From: Bacillota bacterium
Lineage (GTDB): Bacteria; Bacteroidota; Ignavibacteria; Ignavibacteriales; SURF-24
NCBI GenBank assembly: GCA_050262615.1
Contig: JBLNEL010000329.1
Location: 2,651-66,650 of the forward strand
Direction: 5' to 3'
DNA: 64,000 bases
The translations under genes were made by a program, and so were the position numbers. Numbering within the stretch: the first letter of the stretch is position 1; every line of letters starts with the position of its first letter. Shown piece by piece: positions 45,047-54,735 of the stretch. Under the pieces are notes generated by a model, which was not told the origin of the DNA, did not search any database, and saw only the letters and a list, made by a program, of their open reading frames with translations.

Positions 45047-46753
45047 CTAATCAACAAACTGTTTAGCATAGTACTTAGCTGTAAGCTTTTCGCCGGTAGC
45101 TTTTTCAATCATATCATTCCAGAAGTATTTTCTTGCCGGGCCGAATATTTTTTCTTTAATGAAAGATCCGACCTCTTTATTATTAACAAAGCTCTGGTTT
45201 TTAATATCCTTAGACTTAACCACATTTTCAGTGATATGGAAATAAAGCTGTGAGGCCAGAAGTTCGCCAAGCATATAGTTATGGTAGTAGCATGGGTAGC
45301 TAGAGATATGTATTTTTGAAGCCCAGTCAGGTTCATTTCTCTGATTGCCGGGGCGTTTAAGCATCTGGTATTTTTCAACCAGATCCCACCAGAGTTTATT
45401 CAGATCCTGATCCGGGTTATCGTACATACTTTTTTCAAACCTATAGACGACCTGCACCCAGCGGCTGAAGACAAGCTGTTCGAGTCTGAGGGAATTAAAG
45501 CTAGCCTCTGCAATCTTATTTTTTTCCTGATCACTTATGCCCAGCATTTCCTTCATCCATGCAGGGTTAGAGGCAAACCGGCCGAACATCATAGCGATTG
45601 CTTCGGTTGTAAAAGTATGAGCAGGTTCTCTAAGCTGCCATGGAAGAGAGTGGTCGAGGTATCTGTCGTAAACAGCATGGCCGAATTCATGAAGCGAAGT
45701 ATTCATCCAGTTTGCATTAGGTTTAATATTCATTACGACCCTCACGTCGCCTTCCCTGTCAATTGTTGTGCAGTAAGCGTGCTGGTATTTGCCTTCCTTT
45801 TCATACAAATCGCTTTTAGCCATAAGCTCATCGACTGGAAGTCCTATTCCCTTGTAATATTTTTTTGTCAGTTCTTCAATATTCTGATCCTTATAATACT
45901 TATCTAGGTCGACGTTATAGATCTTAGGCGCTTCCTGGAAAAATCTGTTCTGGTAGTGCCAGGGCATAAGTTCATCTTTAGGGATGCCATATTTTTTCGA
46001 AAGGTTCTGATCTATCTCGTCTTTAAGTTTTGCAAAAGAAGAGCGTGTAAGCTTATCGAGCTCATCGAATAAAGATTCAATTTCCTGAGGGTCCTGTTCG
46101 CTAAGTCTGAGGCTCATATCATGGTAGTTTTTAAATCCGAGTTCACGTGCCGACTGATTTCTCATTTTAGCAAGCTTAATGACATCTGAAGCCACGACAG
46201 CGCCAATTTTCTTACTAGCGATCCATGTATCTTTAAGCTCTTTAGAATCAGTTGAGTTTTTGAGGATATCTTCAACTTCATTATCAGTAAGTTTTTTCCC
46301 ATTTACCTCAGTGCGGTAAGTAGAGAACTTATTTTCGATTTCAGTTCTAAGGTTAATAATCTCCTCAAGTTCTTTTTCATTTACCTGGTTTTCGAGGTAT
46401 GCGAAGTAAAGCAGGTCGAGGACTCTTTTCTGAAGCGGATCGGTTATTGCGCCTGATTCTTTCCATTTTTTAAGTCTCTGGAAATCTTCTTTATTAGTAT
46501 AGATCTTACTTCTTTCGATCTCAGTCTGAGCGGATCTATCATAATCCTGCTGCTTACCGGAGATAGTTGCATTAAAGTAAGCGAGGCTGGATTCCTTTGT
46601 AAGCCTGTCAGCTTTAGCCTCATAAGCTTTAACAAAGTCATTAAATTCATTATTCATTTTTTCTTTTTCAGATTGTGGATAGATACTAGTTAATATAACG
46701 GAAAAGAAAAGAATAAGTAAAGTTTTGATTGTGGCAGGAAAAACATTACGCAT
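45047..46753 (-). CDS. Secreted gluzincin metallopeptidase, ACE-like (M2-like)
   Basis: Signal peptide. HEFGHAVYD...LREPAHTFTTEAIAMM parallels the ACE pattern HEMGH...LREGANPGFHEAIGD (third ligand Glu 24 residues after HExxH). Confidence 0.8.
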   Translation of the reverse strand: MRNVFPATIKTLLILFFSVILTSIYPQSEKEKMNNEFNDFVKAYEAKADRLTKESSLAYFNATISGKQQDYDRSAQTEIERSKIYTNKEDFQRLKKWKESGAITDPLQKRVLDLLYFAYLENQVNEKELEEIINLRTEIENKFSTYRTEVNGKKLTDNEVEDILKNSTDSKELKDTWIASKKIGAVVASDVIKLAKMRNQSARELGFKNYHDMSLRLSEQDPQEIESLFDELDKLTRSSFAKLKDEIDQNLSKKYGIPKDELMPWHYQNRFFQEAPKIYNVDLDKYYKDQNIEELTKKYYKGIGLPVDELMAKSDLYEKEGKYQHAYCTTIDREGDVRVVMNIKPNANWMNTSLHEFGHAVYDRYLDHSLPWQLREPAHTFTTEAIAMMFGRFASNPAWMKEMLGISDQEKNKIAEASFNSLRLEQLVFSRWVQVVYRFEKSMYDNPDQDLNKLWWDLVEKYQMLKRPGNQRNEPDWASKIHISSYPCYYHNYMLGELLASQLYFHITENVVKSKDIKNQSFVNNKEVGSFIKEKIFGPARKYFWNDMIEKATGEKLTAKYYAKQFVD

Positions 46754-46839
46754 TATATATTTACCTTTTTGTTAAGAATTCAGTTTTATAAAGAATTCAG
46801 AGTTGGTGCAGAAAAAAAAGTGTACATTGAAAAAACGGA

Positions 46840-46959
46840 GGCTGTCTTAAAAAAAGCCGGTATATGAAAAAAATAATCTGCACAGATAAAACAAATATTA
46901 TATAGGCAAAGATTACACAGCAGAAAAACTTATAAGACCAGATATTTTTTAAGACAGCC
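46840..46959. repeat. Perfect 15-bp inverted repeat separated by about 90 nt
   Basis: ggctgtcttaaaaaa (46840-46854) and ttttttaagacagcc (46945-46959), in the spacer between the peptidase start and the GroES-like stop. Confidence 0.7.
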
Positions 46960-46985
46960 CTTAAAAAAAGACAATGTGATATCTG

Positions 46986-47351
46986 TTAAAAATTAAGCAG
47001 ATCGTCTCTAAACAGCAGCAAAATTGCAGACTGCGGTACAATCAGGAGTTTTTCCTTTTCGATCTCAATTTCAATAGCTTCCTTGCGCATAAAGACAGCA
47101 AGGTCGCCTTCCTTAGCCTGCAGGGGAATATATTTAGTCGATTTTTTCGATTCCTTCCATGGTTCGTCATCCTCTGCCGGTGCGGCAACCGGGTAGCCTG
47201 GTCCGGCTTTAACGACATATCCGCTTTGGATTCTTTCTTTTTCAAGGACGCTAGGAGGAAGATATAATCCGCTGCTAGTCTTATTTAGATCTTCTTCCGG
47301 TTTAATTAAAACTCTATCACCTACAACTATTATTTTCTCAGTATTCACCAC
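46986..47351 (-). CDS. GroES/Cpn10-family protein (orphan, with an internal insertion)
   Basis: VGDRVLIKPEE...SGLYLPPSV...QSGYVVKAGPG...EGDLAVF follows the GroES pattern. At 121 aa it has an extra acidic insert. No groEL is adjacent. Confidence 0.75.
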   Translation of the reverse strand: MVNTEKIIVVGDRVLIKPEEDLNKTSSGLYLPPSVLEKERIQSGYVVKAGPGYPVAAPAEDDEPWKESKKSTKYIPLQAKEGDLAVFMRKEAIEIEIEKEKLLIVPQSAILLLFRDDLLNF

Positions 47352-47646
47352 GTATTATATCCTTATTATTTAATACTGCAAAAATATTCATAAATATTTT
47401 TCTTTCCTATAGCTTTCCGGAGTCTCAACTTTTGTTTGTGCGGTTTTATATACAGGTCACAGCTTTACATTTTCCGCTGGCAGGAAATATTTTTAACTTT
47501 ATTTGAAACATTCTTTAATTTAAAATGTAAATTGGTCCATAAAACAATTAAGTTTGTCATTCTCTGAGAAAACAAGTCAAAAACAATATAAAACTAAAGC
47601 TGTCAGATGAATAATGCTCATGGAAAAATAAATCAGTGATGAAGAT

Positions 47647-47697
47647 AAAGTTGTCAGAAAATTAAAGTTGTCAGAAAATTAAAGTTGTCAGAAATAA
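47647..47697. repeat. 17-bp tandem repeat x3 (aaagttgtcagaaaatt)
   Basis: Copies at 47647, 47664 and 47681, with a degenerate copy (aaagctgtcagatgaat) near 47597. The array lies about 50 bp upstream of the AKR start. Confidence 0.9.
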
Positions 47698-47743
47698 ATA
47701 TCTTAAAATACAGAATGCAGAAATAAATAAACCTGGAGAAAAA

Positions 47744-48724
47744 ATGAAATACCGCAAGCTTGGGAAAAGCAACATTGAAGTTTCAGAGATAAGCTTAGGC
47801 TGCTGGACATTAGGAGGATTAAACTGGGTAAATGGTGTACCGAACGGCTGGGCAAACGTAGATGAAAATGAAGTAAAGCAGGCAATTGATTATGCACTTG
47901 AAAAAGGGGTTAATCATTTTGACAATGCAGATGTCTACGGTAATGGAAGAGCTGAAAGGATGCTTGCAAAGGTTTTAGGGGCAAGAACAAAGGAAGTAGT
48001 AATAGCCACCAAGGTAGGCTGGTTTCCCGGTACAGCAGAGCATGCTTATGAACCTAAGCATATACGGCATCAGTGCGAGCAGTCGCTTATTAATCTTAAG
48101 CGTGACTACATTGACTTATATTATTTTCATCATGGTGATTTTGGTGAGAATGATAAATATCTGGATGCTGCAGTAGAGGTAATGTACCGTTTAAAAGAAG
48201 AAGGTAAAGTGCGGCTTATCGGTCAGTCAGCATATTCAAACAAGGACTTTGAAAAATTAGTACCAAAAGTAAAGCCAGATGTACTGCAGAGTTCAGCAAG
48301 TGCAATAGATGACAAATACTTAGCGGACGGTACGCCGGTAAGGAAGCTGCTTGAAGAAAACAATATTTCATTTATTGCCTTCGGGCCAGTAGCGCAGGGG
48401 CTGTTATTGGGCAAATACAGTAAAAATAATCCTCCGAAATTTGAAGCCGGTGATCACAGGGCGAATGCGCCAAGATTTTCCGTAGAAAACCTTACGAAAC
48501 TTGAGCCCAAGATAGAGGCTCTGAAGGAAAAATTCGGATCAAATCCTGAGGCATTATCAAGAGCAGCGCTGCAGTATCTGCTGCATTATAAAGTAGTAGG
48601 GTCTGTAATTCCGGGGTTCAGGAATTTAGATCAGGTGAAAATTAATCTTGAAGCGGCAGACAGGCCACTTAGTGATGAGGAATTCAACTTTATTAAAGAT
48701 TTGTTTAAAGGATTCAATTCTTAA
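47744..48724 (+). CDS. Aldo/keto reductase
   Basis: MKYRKLGKSNIEVSEISLGCWTLGG, FDNADVYGNGRAE and the typical AKR (beta/alpha)8 length. Confidence 0.9.
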   Translation: MKYRKLGKSNIEVSEISLGCWTLGGLNWVNGVPNGWANVDENEVKQAIDYALEKGVNHFDNADVYGNGRAERMLAKVLGARTKEVVIATKVGWFPGTAEHAYEPKHIRHQCEQSLINLKRDYIDLYYFHHGDFGENDKYLDAAVEVMYRLKEEGKVRLIGQSAYSNKDFEKLVPKVKPDVLQSSASAIDDKYLADGTPVRKLLEENNISFIAFGPVAQGLLLGKYSKNNPPKFEAGDHRANAPRFSVENLTKLEPKIEALKEKFGSNPEALSRAALQYLLHYKVVGSVIPGFRNLDQVKINLEAADRPLSDEEFNFIKDLFKGFNS

Positions 48725-48821
48725 TTAAGAATTATGAATTAAGAATTATGCCTGCCGGAAGGCCATGCCTTCGGCAGGCCATGCCTTCGGCAGGCAGGCA
48801 GGAATTGAGGAATGAATTATG
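48722..48821. repeat. GAATTAW heptamers plus duplicated GC hairpin core (family member C)
   Basis: aattaa-gaattat-gaattaa-gaattat-g, then cctgccggaaggccatgccttcggcaggccatgccttcggcaggcaggcagg (48751-48802, containing ggccatgccttcggcagg x2), then a degenerate arm aattgaggaatgaattatg. Confidence 0.8.
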
Positions 48822-48828
48822 GGAACAG

Positions 48829-50154
48829 ATGAGTAAGATTTTGGGACGTGAGAGCGGAGTAGGCAGAGACGCTTCAGGAATAAACGCTTCAGGAATAAAT
48901 GTCTCAGAAAAGCAGAGAGGGTTAAAGGGCAAAGTAAGCTGGCGACAGACATTTTCTGCATTAAGGCACAGGAACTACCGACTATGGTTCTGGGGGCAGA
49001 TGACAAGTCTGGTCGGTTCGTGGATGCAGACTACAGCACAGGGTTTTTTAGTTTTTCAGCTTACGCACTCCCCTGCTTTTCTGGGTTATGTCGGATTTGC
49101 ATCAGGCATACCGGCGTGGATATTTATGCTCTATGGCGGAGTGGTAGCCGACCGTGTGCCCAGGCGCACGGTTCTGATTATTACACAGACAGTAATGATG
49201 ATACTGGCCTCAGTTCTGGCCATTCTTACATTTACAGGTATAGTTCAGGCCTGGCATATAATACTTCTGGCATTTGGTCTGGGAGTTGCAAATGCTTTTG
49301 ATTCGCCTGCCCGGCAGGCTTTTGTACTAGAGCTGATAGAAGGGCGTGAGGATCTGGTAAATGCAATAGCACTAAATTCCACAATGTTCAATTCAGCTAC
49401 AGCCGTAGGGCCTGCAGTAGCCGGTATTACATACGCGGCATTTGGGCCTGCGTGGTGTTTTACGATAAATGGGATTTCATTTATTGGTGTTATTGCTGCG
49501 CTTCTGATGATGAGGATTAAATATGAGAAAAAGGAAAAAAGGCAGGATAATGCACTTATTGAATTAAAGCAGGGTTTGAATTATGTAATTAAGTCACAGG
49601 AAATTATCAGGACAATAATAATTCTTGTAATTTTTATAGCTCTTTTCGGTATTGCTTTTGCGACACTACTGCCTGCCTGGGCTGTAAAAGTCCTGCACGG
49701 CAATGCAGCAACAAATGGTTATCTTCAGTCAGCAAGGGGTATCGGTTCGCTTATTGCCGCACTTTTTATAGCGGCAGTGAGTCATCTTAACATTAAAGGC
49801 AAGCTACTAACTATCGGGATGTTTTCATATCCGCTGCTGCTGCTTATCTTTTCATTTATACGGATCCTGCCGCTTTCGCTATTTTTACTTGTAGGTATAG
49901 GGATTGCGCAGATACTGACGTTCAACATTGCAAATGCCTTAATTCAGACGATTGTTTCAGACGAGTTCAGAGGGAGGGTAATGGGGATCTACAGCATTTC
50001 GTTTTTTGGTTTTATGCCTATAGGAGCATTAATAATAGGAACATTTGCAGAGCATATGGGAGAGCCGACGGCGATAATGGTAAATTCAGCAATACTAGTT
50101 CTTTTGACAATAGGCTTATTTCTACTGGTACCAGGGCTTAAAAAGCAGCGATAA
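48829..50154 (+). CDS. MFS transporter (MFS_3 / EntS-like family)
   Basis: I chose the start at the ATG at 48829 because the ORF-track N-terminus (48748) is a read-through of the repeat element. FSALRHRNYRLWFWGQMTSLVGSWMQ and GGVVADRVPRR are typical of the family. About 12 TM helices. The N-terminus contains a 15-bp x2 duplication (ASGINASGIN, 48869-48898). Confidence 0.8.
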   Translation: MSKILGRESGVGRDASGINASGINVSEKQRGLKGKVSWRQTFSALRHRNYRLWFWGQMTSLVGSWMQTTAQGFLVFQLTHSPAFLGYVGFASGIPAWIFMLYGGVVADRVPRRTVLIITQTVMMILASVLAILTFTGIVQAWHIILLAFGLGVANAFDSPARQAFVLELIEGREDLVNAIALNSTMFNSATAVGPAVAGITYAAFGPAWCFTINGISFIGVIAALLMMRIKYEKKEKRQDNALIELKQGLNYVIKSQEIIRTIIILVIFIALFGIAFATLLPAWAVKVLHGNAATNGYLQSARGIGSLIAALFIAAVSHLNIKGKLLTIGMFSYPLLLLIFSFIRILPLSLFLLVGIGIAQILTFNIANALIQTIVSDEFRGRVMGIYSISFFGFMPIGALIIGTFAEHMGEPTAIMVNSAILVLLTIGLFLLVPGLKKQR

Positions 50155-50178
50155 AAAGCAGGTACGTTGTGTGAAATT

Positions 50179-51705
50179 TTAATACTTTTCAGGAAGGTTC
50201 AGTCCCCCGTTCCATTTTAAGAACATTCCTTGCCGGGCAGATGAGCCGGCTGAAGCAGCAGCAGCAGAGCTGCTTTTAATATGAAGGTAAGTAAAATTAT
50301 TTTTATTAACATTTCTGTTTTCTTCATTTACAGGCGTCCAGGCCCCGGTATTAAAGAATTCTCTTCCATCCTCACTGAAAATTTCAGAAAAATGAGTATG
50401 TCCGAATGTAACAATCTTAAGCTGCGGATTTTCTGAAAACTTACGTTTAGCAAAAGAGTAGAGTCTAGAATGTTCTTCCAGCTGAATATAGGCATTTGAG
50501 CGGTTGACAACAAAAGAAATAAAAGAGAAAACCAGATTTTCCAGCAAACTCAGGCCCGGGATCCTGAAAGATCCAGAGAAAAAAGTTTTTGACTGATTTG
50601 AAGAATCCAGGCGCATAGTAACCGGTTCTACGATATTCCAGAATTTATCCATCACATAAAGTACCGGAAGGAACATAGTCAGAACTATAAGGAGCACTCT
50701 TCCGAAAAGATACCTGTAATATCTCATAGGTATAATCAGAAACAGGACAGGGATATGCTGCAGGAGTGCACGTATTCCGACAAAGAAGCGTTTTTCGATA
50801 AGCAGCGGCAGTATATTTTTCTCCTCGCGCACATTTTTAAAAGGCGGGTAAGCCAGTTCTATATGGTTTAACAGGTAACGGTTAAAGAAGGAGCCGAAAG
50901 GAATATTAAGCTCCTTTTTATTTTTAAGCAGAGGTCCCCCGATCAAATGGCAGTATTTATCGTACCGGTGACCATGTTCAATATAATATTTATTATCAAA
51001 AGTAATGCTTTCATCAACAAAGATAAGATTTGGAAGTATTTTATCCACAAGTACATCCTCAGTGTCCTCACCGGTTCTCCGGCTAATTCTTTCAGCAAGT
51101 GAGAGGCGGAGGAGGTTTCTTACAGCCGGCCAGTAAAACTCCAGGTCATGGTTTCCCTTTACAATTACAAGCTTATTTCCCCAACTTAGCCAGTCTGACA
51201 AAGAATCAAACAATTCAGAATGCCCGTTAATTACCTCTAAGAGTTTCCAGACAGATTTATAGTCATCAGTATTTAGCCCATAGCGCAGTTCTCTTCTGGA
51301 GATTGATTTCTTAAGAAAGGAGAGGTCTTTATGAATGCCGATACTGTTTAAGGCCTGCTGCCATTTTACGAACTCACCGGTTGATCCGGGAATGCTTATT
51401 ATCCTTAAGAAATCAATAAAGTCCCCGTTAATGACTAAAATGCCGGTATCAGGCTGGATCTGTTTATGGATGTAATTAATAAAGCTTAAGAATGACTGGT
51501 CAGTAAATCTCTCAGTATCAGGATCCCCCAGTTTTTCAAATGAATTTCCGGGTGTTAAATGGAGGTCGCTTAGGATGAATATTTCTTTTCCTTCTGAACT
51601 TAAGGATAACCTGGAATTCCCGTAGTTACAGGCAGAGCCGTTATCCTCGCAATTCAAAAGCAACTGAGCCGCTTGTATAGGGTAATCCATCAATCCACTT
51701 TCCAT
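50179..51705 (-). CDS. Metallophosphoesterase with a hydrophobic insertion
   Basis: Motifs LSDLHL, NGDFIDF, KGNHDLEF, EHGHRYD, FGHTHF. About 100 aa of TM-like sequence sits between motifs IV and V. Confidence 0.75.
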   Translation of the reverse strand: MESGLMDYPIQAAQLLLNCEDNGSACNYGNSRLSLSSEGKEIFILSDLHLTPGNSFEKLGDPDTERFTDQSFLSFINYIHKQIQPDTGILVINGDFIDFLRIISIPGSTGEFVKWQQALNSIGIHKDLSFLKKSISRRELRYGLNTDDYKSVWKLLEVINGHSELFDSLSDWLSWGNKLVIVKGNHDLEFYWPAVRNLLRLSLAERISRRTGEDTEDVLVDKILPNLIFVDESITFDNKYYIEHGHRYDKYCHLIGGPLLKNKKELNIPFGSFFNRYLLNHIELAYPPFKNVREEKNILPLLIEKRFFVGIRALLQHIPVLFLIIPMRYYRYLFGRVLLIVLTMFLPVLYVMDKFWNIVEPVTMRLDSSNQSKTFFSGSFRIPGLSLLENLVFSFISFVVNRSNAYIQLEEHSRLYSFAKRKFSENPQLKIVTFGHTHFSEIFSEDGREFFNTGAWTPVNEENRNVNKNNFTYLHIKSSSAAAASAGSSARQGMFLKWNGGLNLPEKY

Positions 51706-52267
51706 TCTAGAATATGAGCAAAACCATTACATCTTATCAAAACATATAATCAGCACATCATTGTGGATAATTCAATGTACCCAGAAAACCAGGTATATTG
51801 CAATAGGTACTCATTTTTGGAGTTTCCCCATTTAAGTTTTAAGGAAAACTTTGCAATCATAGAAGAAACTCCGAGGATAACAACAGCCTTTGAGATCTCA
51901 AAAACAAGTCTTGTTATATATTTATATTAGTAAGAACTAAATTACCTATCTTCTTATTAACCTGTTTATCGGCCTTACATTTCACGACTTATTTTCTATA
52001 AAAATTCTGTTTCTTTTTTGATTCTGTATTCGACTTAGTTGAACTTTTCAATGAGATTGAATGTACGAATGCAACAAAACTATCCTAAATCAATAAAATC
52101 AGCTAATAATCACTAAATTCATTTATGTTTGTAATAAAAAATCCTTTACATATCTCCCTAGATAAACTATTTATCAGTAAATTCGTTTATATACGATTAA
52201 CTCGACAATTATTGACTATGCTTGTAAAACATCTTACCTTGGCCTTTAAAATGAGGCTAATGTTGTT

Positions 52268-52518
52268 ATGATCGACCGGCCTTTTAAAACAAATGAAGAG
52301 ATGAATAAGGTACTACAAATACCTGAGAATATTTTAAAAGGCATGAATACACGAGATCTATTAATAACATGTATGAAATATCCACGATATAAAGACATGT
52401 GGGCATATGATGGATATGTAAATGGGTTTGCACAAGTTAGAAAATTTTTAATGGTTTAAATGAATTATTAAACAGAAAGTCATTTTTTACACAATTTTCA
52501 CCTTCTTGCGTAAGGTGA
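52268..52518 (+). pseudogene. Possible frameshifted gene remnant
   Basis: A 63-aa ORF ends at 52459. A -1 shift in the aaaattttt run (about 52441-52449) continues as FNGLNELLNRKSFFTQFSPSCVR until the TGA at 52516-52518. The hairpin tcacctt/aaggtga (52498-52518) overlaps the end. Speculative. Confidence 0.25.
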
Positions 52519-52584
52519 GTTAATGAATAAATTTTTTATGTGAATACCATTAATTATTTAAACATCGGCAAGGAATAAGATATA

Positions 52585-54735
52585 ATGAAGAGGGTTTCTT
52601 TATTCATTATAATAATAATCATTTCAATTATAGCATTTGAGCACAGCAATGCACAGTGGAAACAGACCACTGGTCCTTGTGGCGGGAGAATATGGACGCT
52701 CACAAGCGATGGAGCAAATATATTTACCGGAACATACAAAGGAGGGATTTTCCGTTCGAGCGACAATGGCCTGAGCTGGAAAGCAATAAATAAGGATCTA
52801 GCTGCAAGTAACGGGCTACCGGCAGATGATATCAGATGCATTACCGTAAGCGGCAATGATATTTTTGCCGGATCATATATGTTTGGGCTATTTAAATCAA
52901 CTGACAAAGGAAATAGCTGGAAAGCTGTTAATAATGGACTGACTTCCGGTTATTCAACAGAATCAATTTCAGCAATTACCCTGAACGGGTCTGATATATT
53001 TGCAGGATGTTACGATCATGGAGTTTTCCGTTCTACTAACAACGGCTTAAACTGGACTCGGGTATGTAACGGTCTAACAAACCGTGACATTATGGCAATG
53101 ACTTCAAAAGGTAAGATTGTTTTTGCCGGAACAAGCGGGAGTGGCATATTTTTATCTGCTGATAATGGAGAAAGCTGGCAGGAGGCAAATAATGGATTAA
53201 CAGATAAATTTGTTCTTTCTATGGATGCAAATGAAACAAGCATTTATGTTTCCACCGGTTCAGGATTATTCATCTCGGATGATAATGCTTCAAGCTGGAG
53301 ATCTGTTCATGGGGACTTTAGCCAAATTGAAGCAATAAAGGTCTATAAAGATAAAATATATGTAGGCGACTTTGGTAAAGGGGTATTTCTTTCGACAGAT
53401 AACGGAAAAAGCTGGAAAAATATAAACAGCAACTTAAGTAAAACATTTATAACTGCCATAACTGTAAATGATAATGGATTATTTGCAGGAACGTACAAAA
53501 ATGGAATTTATTCATCTTACGATAACGGTGCAACATGGGAAGTATCAAACAAAGGTATGGTAATATCCGAGGTTTCTGCTCTTCTTGCCGATGGAGATGA
53601 TCTTTATGCAGGTACTCCGGGCTGCGAGGTTTTCCGCTCAGGAGATAATGGAGAAAACTGGCGAGCTGTCCTTACTAGCGTACCCTCTTCAGGTACATCA
53701 TTAAATGCACTGACAAAATGCGGAGATTATATTTTTGCCGGTGTAGCCGGTGTTAAAAATGTTGGAGGCATTTATATAACAGCTGATAAGGGTAACAGCT
53801 GGAAGACCGTAAATAATAATGAACTTATTAGTTATTCTGTAAATACTTTACTTGTAATTGGTACAGGCATATATGCAGGAACCATGAAAGGTATAAGTTT
53901 TTCAAATAATTATGGTGAAAACTGGGATACTTTGAATACTGGATTATCAATCACTAATGTAAAAGCTCTGATTCATAGCGATAAAGAGATATATGCAAGT
54001 ACTTTTCAGGGTCTCTATAAATCTACAAATTATGGGGCAAGCTGGGTTGCAATAAATAACGGGGTTCCTAAGGTCACAGCACTTGCTCTTGCGGCACTTG
54101 GCAGTAATGTATTTGCCAGTTATCCACAGGGTGTATATATATACAAAACTACAGATAAAGGCTCTAGCTGGATAGCTGCTGATAAAGGCATTCCTAATAC
54201 CACATGCTTTGCTGTAAAAGGGAATTATTTATTCGCAGGAACAGGTGCAGGTGTCTATCTAACAACAGACGAAGGTGAAAACTGGAAGGCTGTAAATGAG
54301 GGGCTCACACACCTATCGGTTTCTTCACTAGCAATAAACGACAATTATTTATATGCAGGCACAACTTATGGTGGAGTATTTATAAGGCATCTAAATGAAA
54401 TTACAACTTCAGTAAATGACAATAAAATATCCGAACCTGAAAATTTCTCACTTAGCCAGAACTATCCCAATCCATTTAATCCCGTAACGACAATAGGCTA
54501 TTCAATTCCAAGAGGGTCAGCAGTTGAGATAAAAATCTATAACATTATGGGTGATGAAATTAGATCATTTAACATAAATTCTCAGGAAGCCGGTATGCAC
54601 AATCTTCAATGGGACGGACGAGATTCAAATAGCAGACTGGTTTCAAGCGGAATATATATTTACAAGTTAAAGGCAGTTACAAAAGAAGGTAGAAATGTAT
54701 TTGAAAAATCAGCTAAGATGTTGTTACTGAAATGA
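52585..54735 (+). CDS. Secreted BNR/Asp-box beta-propeller protein (13 Asp boxes) with a T9SS C-terminal sorting domain
   Basis: Thirteen SxDxGxxW-type boxes (SSDNGLSW, STDKGNSW, SADNGESW, STDNGKSW, SGDNGENW, TADKGNSW and others). Signal peptide. C-terminus NYPNPFNPVTTIGYSIP...MLLLK. Confidence 0.85.
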   Translation: MKRVSLFIIIIIISIIAFEHSNAQWKQTTGPCGGRIWTLTSDGANIFTGTYKGGIFRSSDNGLSWKAINKDLAASNGLPADDIRCITVSGNDIFAGSYMFGLFKSTDKGNSWKAVNNGLTSGYSTESISAITLNGSDIFAGCYDHGVFRSTNNGLNWTRVCNGLTNRDIMAMTSKGKIVFAGTSGSGIFLSADNGESWQEANNGLTDKFVLSMDANETSIYVSTGSGLFISDDNASSWRSVHGDFSQIEAIKVYKDKIYVGDFGKGVFLSTDNGKSWKNINSNLSKTFITAITVNDNGLFAGTYKNGIYSSYDNGATWEVSNKGMVISEVSALLADGDDLYAGTPGCEVFRSGDNGENWRAVLTSVPSSGTSLNALTKCGDYIFAGVAGVKNVGGIYITADKGNSWKTVNNNELISYSVNTLLVIGTGIYAGTMKGISFSNNYGENWDTLNTGLSITNVKALIHSDKEIYASTFQGLYKSTNYGASWVAINNGVPKVTALALAALGSNVFASYPQGVYIYKTTDKGSSWIAADKGIPNTTCFAVKGNYLFAGTGAGVYLTTDEGENWKAVNEGLTHLSVSSLAINDNYLYAGTTYGGVFIRHLNEITTSVNDNKISEPENFSLSQNYPNPFNPVTTIGYSIPRGSAVEIKIYNIMGDEIRSFNINSQEAGMHNLQWDGRDSNSRLVSSGIYIYKLKAVTKEGRNVFEKSAKMLLLK

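Noticed and set aside
48748-48828. N-terminal extension of the MFS transporter ORF (MPAGRPCLRQAMPSAGRQ...)
   Set aside because: It is a read-through of the GC-rich hairpin core of the repeat element. I prefer the ATG at 48829.
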